The translations under genes and the position numbers were made by a program. From NCBI GenBank assembly GCA_963675745.2, contig CAXXWX010000021.1, positions 1-64,000 of the forward strand: a DNA stretch of 64,000 nt. The letters run 5' to 3'. This DNA comes from Phycisphaerae bacterium (GTDB lineage: Bacteria; Planctomycetota; Phycisphaerae; UBA1845; Fen-1342). This document shows positions 56,476 through 64,000 of this stretch, one piece after another (position 1 is the first letter of the stretch; the number at the start of each line of letters is the position of its first letter). A model generated the notes under the pieces. The model had not been told where the DNA came from, made no database searches, and worked only from the letters and a program-made list of their open reading frames with translations.

Positions 56476-57231
56476 ATGCGTACTCAACATCAAATCATCG
56501 CACGCCTCGTGGGCATCGTCGCGGCTGGTGCCGCGCTCGCCGGGCTCGCCGCTGCGGATGACTGGGAAATCTACATGACGGTGGATAACCAGTTCGATAT
56601 TTACTTCGGTACACCGACGGTTACGAATTACGCCGCCGGCGGTGGGGCCACCTGGACCAGCGAGGACTATTTCCAGGCCCTCGGTCGTCTACCGACTGAC
56701 TATCTGTATGTGGCGACGGCATCTGACCACGCCACGGCTCAGGGATTCCTCGGTACATTCACGAACACCACGACCGCGACCACCATCAGCACCGGCGATG
56801 CGGCCTGGGAAGTCTTCCCCGCCGGGGCCTACGCGGCGACCAACCCGTATGGGGCCGGCGCCTGGCCGGCCAGCCTGATGCCGACGCAGGCCGAGGTAGA
56901 CACGGCCATCGCCTATGCCGAGGCGAACAACCTGTGGGTGACGCCCACGTCCGCGCCGGGCTACGACAATGACCTTTCGACCCCCATCACGCCCTACACC
57001 TGGGAGTGGGGTTGGACGTTCCCCAATATTCAGCCATCGGCGAGTTGGATCTGGTACGACAGCGGCAATGACACGTCGGGCGGGTCCTTCGCCCCGGCAC
57101 CGTTCAAGGGCTTTAACCACGACGAGTTTCTCGTCTTCCGGATCGCCGGAGCGGCGCCCGAACCCGCTTCAGCCGGACTGCTGGCGCTGGGCAGCATAGC
57201 TGTTGCCGGCTTTCGTCGGCGTCTGCTCTGA
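56476..57231 (+). CDS. PEP-CTERM sorting-domain protein
   Basis: Signal peptide, TVDNQF..ASWIW lectin-like pattern, C-terminal APEPASAGLLALGSIAVAGFRRR. Confidence 0.88.
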   Translation: MRTQHQIIARLVGIVAAGAALAGLAAADDWEIYMTVDNQFDIYFGTPTVTNYAAGGGATWTSEDYFQALGRLPTDYLYVATASDHATAQGFLGTFTNTTTATTISTGDAAWEVFPAGAYAATNPYGAGAWPASLMPTQAEVDTAIAYAEANNLWVTPTSAPGYDNDLSTPITPYTWEWGWTFPNIQPSASWIWYDSGNDTSGGSFAPAPFKGFNHDEFLVFRIAGAAPEPASAGLLALGSIAVAGFRRRLL

Positions 57232-57267
57232 TTCCAGCGCGACATGCCGAGCATTACAGACCGTCAT

Positions 57268-57309
57268 GCCGAGTGCCCCTTTCTCGCTGAGAGGAATGGG
57301 GCACTCGGC
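57268..57309. terminator. Strong hairpin after the PEP-CTERM pair
   Basis: GCCGAGTGCCCC / GGGGCACTCGGC 12-bp stem; no clear U-tract. Confidence 0.4.
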
Positions 57310-57385
57310 GTATGCATCTATCAGGCTAAGCCGCGTGGTCGGATTGTGTGAGCAACCCGAGGCGGGCGAGCGCCGGCGCGAGAGG

Positions 57386-57655
57386 CTGACCCGCGCGTCC
57401 GGCGAACGATCCGGTGTACCCACTCGAATCTCAGATCCCGAATCTCAGATCTCAGATCCCGAGTCTCGAATCTCAAATCTCGAATCTCAAGTCTGAGCAC
57501 AAGAGACTGACCCGCGCGTCCGACGAACGCACGGGTCAGCTCTGGTGGAGAATCCGATTGCGCGACTTCACGGCGTCACTCGCCGCGCCGCGCTGGACAC
57601 GGCGTCACTCGCCGCGCCGCGCTGGACACGGCGTCACTCACCGCGCCGCGCTGGA
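57386..57655. repeat. Composite repeat patch: 10 heptamers (consensus TCRRATC, 57424-57493) between two CTGACCCGCGCGTCCGRCGAACG repeats, then a 3 x 29-bp tandem repeat (57569-57655)
   Basis: Read directly from the sequence. Confidence 0.88.
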
Positions 57656-57666
57656 TAGGGCGGGAA

Positions 57667-60246
57667 TCAACCTCCCGTCAGCAGTGCCACGAACGGGTCG
57701 ATGTCGCCGTTGTTGATCAGGCTGTCACCATTAACGTCACCATTGTAGATGTCGCAATCCGGATACGCGGCCTGATAGCCGGCCACGTCGTTCAGCGCCA
57801 ACACGAACGGGTCGATGTCGCCGTTGTTGACCAGTCCGTCGCAATTCATATCGCCGACGAGTGATCCGCAGCACGCGTAGTCATTCAGAATTCTGAACGA
57901 ATCCACCCACCAGCCCGGAGTGGCAGCGCTCGCGCTGGAGCCCAACCGCCAGCGGAAGACGACGGTGCTGCCCACCAATGCCGGCGGCAGGTCCACGATG
58001 GTCTGGACAAAGCCGTCGGATGTGTCGGCCCAAGCCCACCGCTGCGTCAACGGATTCGAGGTCGTGTTGTCCATCTTCCGCGTGTAGCCGCCGGTTACGA
58101 AGCTCGCGCCGGCGTCCAGAATATCCTGAAATACGCCGCCATCGACGGAGATTTCGAGCACGCCGGCGTCCCAGTAATCATTGAAATCCCACTGGTGCCA
58201 GAACTCCAACTGGGTATCGGCGGTAGTGATGGGTATCGACGGTGAATCGAGTCGATTGTCGCTGACCGCGGCGGGTGACGGCGCGAAAGCCGCGTTCGGA
58301 GCCGTGTCGGCCGCGCCGTTGTCCGTTGCCCAGAGAGGGCCGGGGCCTTGGGCGAGTGTAGCCGTCCACCCGGTTGGCAGGGCTGGCACAGTTTCACCGT
58401 CAAAATCCTGGGTCCAAGCCAAGGTACCCAGCGTGAAGTCGTAGGTCGCCGGCGCGTACGTCGTGGCGCCGTCCTGGAGCTGGAGCGTCACGGTGAGCGT
58501 GTCGCCGCATACGCCGGTCGCGGTGAACGTGAAGTCTCGGGAATCTGTCGCCCCCGGCGCGAGCGCGCCGTAGCTTTGCGGGCCGCTGGGTGACGTCACG
58601 CCGCCGGTGGGCAGCAAAGTGGCCACGAGGTCGGTCGTGGCCGAGCCGCCGAGATTCTCCAGCGTGAGGCTCAGAGTCACGGTCTCGTCGGGGTCGATGG
58701 CGAGATTGGGCGGATCGCACGCTTCGGCCACGAACGCGGCGCCGGCGGACCCGGCACCGAAGAAGCCGAAGTTTCCGGTGATCGTCGCGCCCGGTTCGGA
58801 CAGCTCATAGACCAGGACATCGGTCGCGGCCGGGGTGTAGTCGTCGCTGTTGGGCGTCGTCAATGGGCCAAAGACGCTTGGCGGAAGGTAGAAATCGCCG
58901 GCATCGGCGTAGCCGTCGCCAGTCTCGATCTCCTCCAACCCGTCCGCTTCCATACGTCGCAGCAGCTTGTGATCGGTGTAGGAGTTGTTGTACAGCCAGT
59001 TCGTGGCGGTACCGTCCAGTGTGGCATCGACATGCCAGATCGCCAGGCCGGTGGGATAGTTTGCCGGGTCGTTGCCGGTCCCGGCCTTGCGGTACTGGAC
59101 CATGAAGTACTCATCGAAGCTGTCGCCCGGGGTCACACCCGGCATGATCAACACGCAGTCTTGCGAGGTTCCCGAGGGATTCAGCGTGACTGTCTGGGCG
59201 CCGGTGACGATCGTCGTGGGCGTGATCCAGTCGACCATGAACTTGGAGTAGCAGTTCCAGTCGCCGACGTTGTCGTGCTGCATGTCGAGGCCGCCGATGC
59301 CGCCGTCGGGGCCGACGGTGTCGTCGTAGTCGTAGTAGTCCGGCAGGCCCAGCGCGTGGCCGGTCTCGTGGATCTCGGTGTGCTGGTCGTAGTCGCCGCC
59401 TTCGGGGTTACCAATCCAGCCCCAGACGTAGGTGTCCATCTCTTTGCCGTCGATGGTGTAGCCAGGATTGGCCCACCAACTGGTCTTGTAGGCCCACCAG
59501 AGGCCGGCCCAGCCGTTGTCCGGGCCGGTGTACTTGAGATACACCGTGTCAAGCGTGCCATTCCCATCATTGTCATACTGCGTGAAGTCGTGGCCCTGGC
59601 TGTCGAAGTAGTCCAAGGCTTCCATGAACAGGGTCTCGCGCGCGAAGCCATCGCTCACCGTTGCGGCCAGGTCCGAGTAATAGCACCGGCTGTGCTGCGC
59701 CATGTACCAGCCCAGCACGTTGCCCTGGATGTGCAGCGTGTTGTACGACGCCCGCTCAAAGTAGTTGTGTACGCTCTCGTATGGAAAATCGTTGGGATCG
59801 CCGTCCTGGAAGCACTTGTCGTAGACGTCCGCCTGGGTCTGGTTCGGCGTGTGCGCGTATCCGGGGCAAACGGGATCATTGGGATCATTCGGATCATCGG
59901 GATCCTCGGGAAACTCGACCAGAATCACGAGGATGTTTGGCGAACCCGAAGTCGGCAGGCCACCCTGCCGCGCGGGCGGCGGCTCGCGCAGCGGCGGCAG
60001 ACCAGCGGCCTCGCGCGCCAGTTGTTCAACGCGCCAGTGGGCATACGCCGCCATGCCGGGCGCGGGCTCGTGATTCCCGAGGGCGTACGCGTTGGCCAGG
60101 CGCTGCTCCCACGTACCATCGGCCTTGTACTGGGCGATTTGCTCCGGCGTGGGAGGCACGGTCGCCATAATTGGCGTGGCCAGACAGAGCAGTCCGAGCA
60201 CGGCACAGACGGCCGGTGCCCAGGCGCATGTAATGCGACGATCCAT
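57667..60246 (-). CDS. Secreted M6 (immune inhibitor A-like) metalloprotease with dockerin-like tail
   Basis: Signal peptide, ILVEFP, SVHNYFERASY, HETGHALGLPDYYD, EYFMVQYR, GLAIWHVD, terminal GDMNCDGLVNNGDIDPFV...GDVNGDSLINNGDIDPFV. Confidence 0.9.
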   Translation of the reverse strand: MDRRITCAWAPAVCAVLGLLCLATPIMATVPPTPEQIAQYKADGTWEQRLANAYALGNHEPAPGMAAYAHWRVEQLAREAAGLPPLREPPPARQGGLPTSGSPNILVILVEFPEDPDDPNDPNDPVCPGYAHTPNQTQADVYDKCFQDGDPNDFPYESVHNYFERASYNTLHIQGNVLGWYMAQHSRCYYSDLAATVSDGFARETLFMEALDYFDSQGHDFTQYDNDGNGTLDTVYLKYTGPDNGWAGLWWAYKTSWWANPGYTIDGKEMDTYVWGWIGNPEGGDYDQHTEIHETGHALGLPDYYDYDDTVGPDGGIGGLDMQHDNVGDWNCYSKFMVDWITPTTIVTGAQTVTLNPSGTSQDCVLIMPGVTPGDSFDEYFMVQYRKAGTGNDPANYPTGLAIWHVDATLDGTATNWLYNNSYTDHKLLRRMEADGLEEIETGDGYADAGDFYLPPSVFGPLTTPNSDDYTPAATDVLVYELSEPGATITGNFGFFGAGSAGAAFVAEACDPPNLAIDPDETVTLSLTLENLGGSATTDLVATLLPTGGVTSPSGPQSYGALAPGATDSRDFTFTATGVCGDTLTVTLQLQDGATTYAPATYDFTLGTLAWTQDFDGETVPALPTGWTATLAQGPGPLWATDNGAADTAPNAAFAPSPAAVSDNRLDSPSIPITTADTQLEFWHQWDFNDYWDAGVLEISVDGGVFQDILDAGASFVTGGYTRKMDNTTSNPLTQRWAWADTSDGFVQTIVDLPPALVGSTVVFRWRLGSSASAATPGWWVDSFRILNDYACCGSLVGDMNCDGLVNNGDIDPFVLALNDVAGYQAAYPDCDIYNGDVNGDSLINNGDIDPFVALLTGG

Positions 60247-60583
60247 GGGTGAATTCCTCCTAGAATGCAAGCATTGGCGACGCGCGCTGTCGATTGGCGG
60301 TCGCCTATATCCCGAGATTCCGTGCCCGCTTTAGCGCGGTCTTCGCGATAAAGCCCTCATGATGCGTAGACCAGGTGGACGCTTCGACCGGATCCGAACC
60401 GTGTCGACGGACCGGAATGCCTTACCCTCGGTTAGGTAACTGAAACTTCTGTATTGATCGTGGCGAATAGTATCTCTGAATTCAATGCGAGAGATCACGC
60501 CAACCCAATGCGTGTATGTACGCAGCGCTATACGTAGTTGCACGGATACTGGGTGGACGATGCCGGGCGGCCGAATCGGGCGG

Positions 60584-61246
60584 TTACAGCTCCGACCGAT
60601 GCTCGATCGCGAATTGCAGCAACTTATGAGCCCCCTTGAACTCGAGTTTCCGGCAGATGTTTGACCGGTGCCGCTCGACGGTCCGGTGGCTGATGCACAA
60701 TTCGCGGGCAATCTCCCGGTTGGTCTTGTTCTCCGCCACCAGCAGCAGGACGCGGCGCTCCGTCGCCGTCAGACTGGCCAACCCGGAGTGATTCTGCTTC
60801 AGTTCAGAGACCCGCCGTTGCCGGCGCACAAGCCACTGCGAAATGGTCGGGCTGAAGAACAGAGTTCCGGCGGCCACGGCCTTGAGCCCGAGGAGCACCA
60901 GGTTTAGCGCGTCCTCCTTGAGGATGTAACCACACGCTCCGGCGTCCAGGGCCGCATTAAATGTGCTTTCTTCAGAGTCGAGCGTGAGCATGAGGCAGGC
61001 TGGCGCGGGTTTCAGCGGCCGCAGCGAGCGGGCCAGCGCCACACCTCCCAGTTGCGGCAGATTCACGTCGATGATCGCGATCGCCGGCAAGATTGTCTGT
61101 ATCTGCTTCAGGGCCGTGGCGCCATCGCCGGCTTCGCCCACAACCTTGAACGCCGGGTCGGCTTCGATGATCTGCTTGAGGCCGTGCCGAAACACGGGGT
61201 GATCGTCGACGATGTAGACTGTTGTTACCGTTGCTGCTGGTTTCAT
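60584..61246 (-). CDS. NarL/LuxR-family response regulator
   Basis: IVDDHPVFRHGL, IIDVNLP, GYILKE, LTATERRVL...NREIARELCISHRTVERHRSNI. Confidence 0.95.
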   Translation of the reverse strand: MKPAATVTTVYIVDDHPVFRHGLKQIIEADPAFKVVGEAGDGATALKQIQTILPAIAIIDVNLPQLGGVALARSLRPLKPAPACLMLTLDSEESTFNAALDAGACGYILKEDALNLVLLGLKAVAAGTLFFSPTISQWLVRRQRRVSELKQNHSGLASLTATERRVLLLVAENKTNREIARELCISHRTVERHRSNICRKLEFKGAHKLLQFAIEHRSEL

Positions 61247-63999
61247 GCGGTTTGCCCCGGCCTCGGCAGCGGCACTTTCACTGTTACCCGCGTACCCATT
61301 CCGGGCGCGGACTGAAAATCGATGCGGCCGTTCAGGAAGTGTGCTCGTTCTTTCATGCCGGTCAATCCAAAACTCGGCTGCCCGTCGCCGGGGACGAGCC
61401 GCGCGTCAAACCCCGAACCGTTGTCCTCGACCAGGATGCCCATCTCGGCGGCACTCCGCTTGGCCGAGATGGTAACATGCCCGGCCCCCGCGTGCTTGAC
61501 GACGTTATTGAGGGCCTCCTGGACAATGCGATAGATGTTGATCTCCATTTCCGGTGTCAGCAAACCGTCGATGTCATCCAGATCAACCGCGAACTCCATG
61601 CCGGATGTGCCCGTCAGTTCCTCGACCATCCACCTGATGGCGTGAGTCAGGCCCACCTGTTCCAACGCGCCGGGACGCAGCGCGCGAGACACGGAGCGCA
61701 GGTCGGTGATCAAGCGTGTGACCTCGGTTGACAGCTCTTCGAGTTGTCCACTGATCTCGGGCGCGAGGTGATTGCCTTTGGCCAGCACGGCCATTCGAGT
61801 CTGGATCAGCAGCAAGTCGTGCCCGAGACCGTCGTGCAGCTCCGCGGCCAGCCGTTTTCGTTCGGCCTCCTGGCGCGCGATCAACTGCCGCGTGAACTCC
61901 GCCTGTATCAACCGCTGACGCCTCTGGCGCCGCAGCAGGCGGTAAACCAGGCCGCAAATAACCACGCAAATCCCGGTCGTGACTAAGGCGCGAAACCACC
62001 CCGTCTCCCAGAACAGCGGCAGCACGTCAAACCGCACGCCGGCGCCGACTTCGTTCCACACGCCGTCGCTGTTGGCAGCCCGTACCCGAAACAGGTACCG
62101 CCCGGCGTAAAGGTCACTGAAATAGGCAACTCGCCGGTTCCCCACATCCCGCCACGCCTGGTCGATGGGCTCGAGCCGGATCTGGAAGCGCACTCTGTCC
62201 GGCGCGGCGAAGCTGGGCGCCGCGTAGTGAATCTCGGTGCCGCTATTTCCGGGCGGCAAGTCCAGGACATCCGGGAACGGAGCCTGCACGCTCCGCTGCA
62301 CCTCGCTGCCATCGCCTGTGCGGTCTTGTGAAACGCGGTAGACTATTTTCTCGATGTGCACGAGCGGCGGCGTGGTGTTGAGCGGGAACCGGGCAGGGTC
62401 GGCCATCCCGACCCCTTTCGTTGTCGCGAACCACAGTCTGCCGTCGGCGTCGCGCGCGCAGACCGGTTGCCGCAATCCAGAGCATTCCATTGTTGGCAGG
62501 CCGTCGGTCGAGTCGAAGCGCTGGCAGGTGAGCTTTGTCAGCCGCTTGTCCGCGACGGCGTCAACCTCCGCTCGGGCTACCCGCATCACGCCGCGGTCGG
62601 ATGACAGCCAGAGGTGTCCGGCTTCGTCGTCGAGTATCCCGAACACGCGCCCGGCCGCCAAACCGGACTCCGGCCCGATGCCGGCGAGGACACCCTCGCG
62701 CCACCGCAGCAGCCCCGCCTTGGTGGAGCCCATCCACATGGTCCCGTCGTCGTCGCTCTTCAGGCAGGCGATATTGCGGATCGGGCTACCCCCGGCAGAG
62801 CGCACTTCGACAAAGCGATCGCCCGCCAGACGGTACACGCCGGCCAGACAGGAGAGCCAAATGATCCCGTCACGATCCTCCGCAAAGCACACCACCTCGG
62901 CTGCCGGCAGACCCTCGTCAGGACCGTACAGACGGGTGACTTCGCCCTCCACGACCGCGACCTGCTGATTGCCGGAGATCCAGATCCGTTCGCGCGAGTC
63001 CTCGAACAGCGCGATCACGGTGCCTCCAACGAGCCGCCCTTCGGGAACGTATCGCCCTCCGGTGCTGTCAAATACATATAGCCCCATGTAGAACATGCCC
63101 ACCCAGGTGCTTCCCTGCCGGTCGGTCAGAACACTCTGAAGGGAATCGCCGAATCCTCGAAAGCCGTTGACGGGTGCAGCAGCCAACTCGTTGTCGTCGA
63201 GCCTGAAGAGACCCGCGCCGTACGTTGCAACCCACAGCCCGCCTCCGGGCGCTGGTGCCACGGACGTCACGGGCGCGGGAAGGGCGGTGCGCGTGCCAAA
63301 ATCGTGAAATCGCCGAGCCGTCAGGCGTGTGAGTCCGCGGCTATTGGTTCCGACCCACAGGTTTTGCTCGTTATCCTCGAAGGCGAAACGAAACGAGTCG
63401 CAGGCAAGGCCGTTGATCTCTTTGCGGCAGCGCAGCCGGCCGCTCGGCGAAAGCTGAAACAGGCCCAGGCTGTACGAGGGAATCCAGATGTCACCGTGGC
63501 TATCCTCGAAGAGGCTCCAGACGCCGCTGATCGGCTTTGACAGTTGGCGTCTCTGAACCTCGCTCCCCTGCGAGAATCTCCGCAGGTTGGTGCCGACCAG
63601 CACCCACAGCCCGCCGTCGCGCGCCGGCGCGCAGCCCACGTTCTCGGGCTCCACGCCTTCGAGTTCCGACGCTGACCAGGAAGGCATCCAACGCTGCCCG
63701 TCCCAGCGCCCGACAAACCGGTTCTGCACCACCCACCAACGGCCGGCATCGTCAACGCCACCCCAGTAGCCCCGGCCGGGATTCCCCGGCGGCTCCGGCA
63801 GCGGGTTAAGTCCGCTCTCAGTGAACTCGACGACCTTCCCGTCAAACGTCGTTAGCAGCAGATCCCCATCGCCACGCTCCGCGAACGTGCGGATTATGGC
63901 TCCCTCCAGTGCCGGATCGCGCGTGAAGTCAAGCCAGCGCGCGCCGGCCCGGACAACCAGCCCTTGCGTCGTGCTGATCCAAAGCCAGCCACGCTGATC
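61243..63999 (-). CDS. Sensor histidine kinase with beta-propeller (Reg_prop) and Y_Y_Y domains plus HisKA_3/HATPase; 5-prime truncated by the window
   Basis: Repeated D..G.LW.GT..GL, YLFRVRAANSDGVWN, TM helix, QEAERKRLAAELHDGLG, YRIVQEALNNVVKH, DNGSGF. The frame is open to the window end. Confidence 0.93.
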   Translation of the reverse strand, partial: DQRGWLWISTTQGLVVRAGARWLDFTRDPALEGAIIRTFAERGDGDLLLTTFDGKVVEFTESGLNPLPEPPGNPGRGYWGGVDDAGRWWVVQNRFVGRWDGQRWMPSWSASELEGVEPENVGCAPARDGGLWVLVGTNLRRFSQGSEVQRRQLSKPISGVWSLFEDSHGDIWIPSYSLGLFQLSPSGRLRCRKEINGLACDSFRFAFEDNEQNLWVGTNSRGLTRLTARRFHDFGTRTALPAPVTSVAPAPGGGLWVATYGAGLFRLDDNELAAAPVNGFRGFGDSLQSVLTDRQGSTWVGMFYMGLYVFDSTGGRYVPEGRLVGGTVIALFEDSRERIWISGNQQVAVVEGEVTRLYGPDEGLPAAEVVCFAEDRDGIIWLSCLAGVYRLAGDRFVEVRSAGGSPIRNIACLKSDDDGTMWMGSTKAGLLRWREGVLAGIGPESGLAAGRVFGILDDEAGHLWLSSDRGVMRVARAEVDAVADKRLTKLTCQRFDSTDGLPTMECSGLRQPVCARDADGRLWFATTKGVGMADPARFPLNTTPPLVHIEKIVYRVSQDRTGDGSEVQRSVQAPFPDVLDLPPGNSGTEIHYAAPSFAAPDRVRFQIRLEPIDQAWRDVGNRRVAYFSDLYAGRYLFRVRAANSDGVWNEVGAGVRFDVLPLFWETGWFRALVTTGICVVICGLVYRLLRRQRRQRLIQAEFTRQLIARQEAERKRLAAELHDGLGHDLLLIQTRMAVLAKGNHLAPEISGQLEELSTEVTRLITDLRSVSRALRPGALEQVGLTHAIRWMVEELTGTSGMEFAVDLDDIDGLLTPEMEINIYRIVQEALNNVVKHAGAGHVTISAKRSAAEMGILVEDNGSGFDARLVPGDGQPSFGLTGMKERAHFLNGRIDFQSAPGMGTRVTVKVPLPRPGQTA

Positions 64000-64000
64000 C

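Noticed and set aside
58969..60252. 427-aa + strand ORF
   Set aside because: Antisense shadow of the M6 protease.

Overview
GC-rich bacterial DNA, most consistent with a Planctomycetota (Phycisphaerae-like) genome. This is an inference from the ECF sigma + Ser/Thr kinase pair, prepilin/H-X9-DG proteins, PEP-CTERM proteins, dockerin-tipped secreted proteins and CxxCGYxLxG zinc-ribbon membrane proteins. The left part holds an ECF-kinase pair, three hsp20 genes, and a selenium-dependent molybdenum hydroxylase cluster (ygfM-xdhD-amidohydrolase-mocA-yqeB-yqeC) facing a second three-subunit xanthine-dehydrogenase-like operon. The middle holds a DUF4139 protein, prepilin genes, a DUF1998 helicase, folK, korAB, trxA, dnaE2 and two methyltransferases. 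The right part holds four secreted proteins sharing a dockerin-like tail, tRNA-Val, pheA, truB, a sigma-54 activator, three PEP-CTERM genes and a two-component pair that runs off the end. The most striking feature is the error-prone polymerase dnaE2. It carries, without losing its reading frame, a ~580-bp insert bounded by inverted GGGAACR heptamer arrays that encloses a complete four-helix-bundle (23S rRNA IVS/bAvd-like) gene in another frame, plus a second repeat-derived in-frame insert. Heptamer arrays with other unit sequences occur elsewhere in the window. All family calls come from motif recognition by eye; no database search was run.
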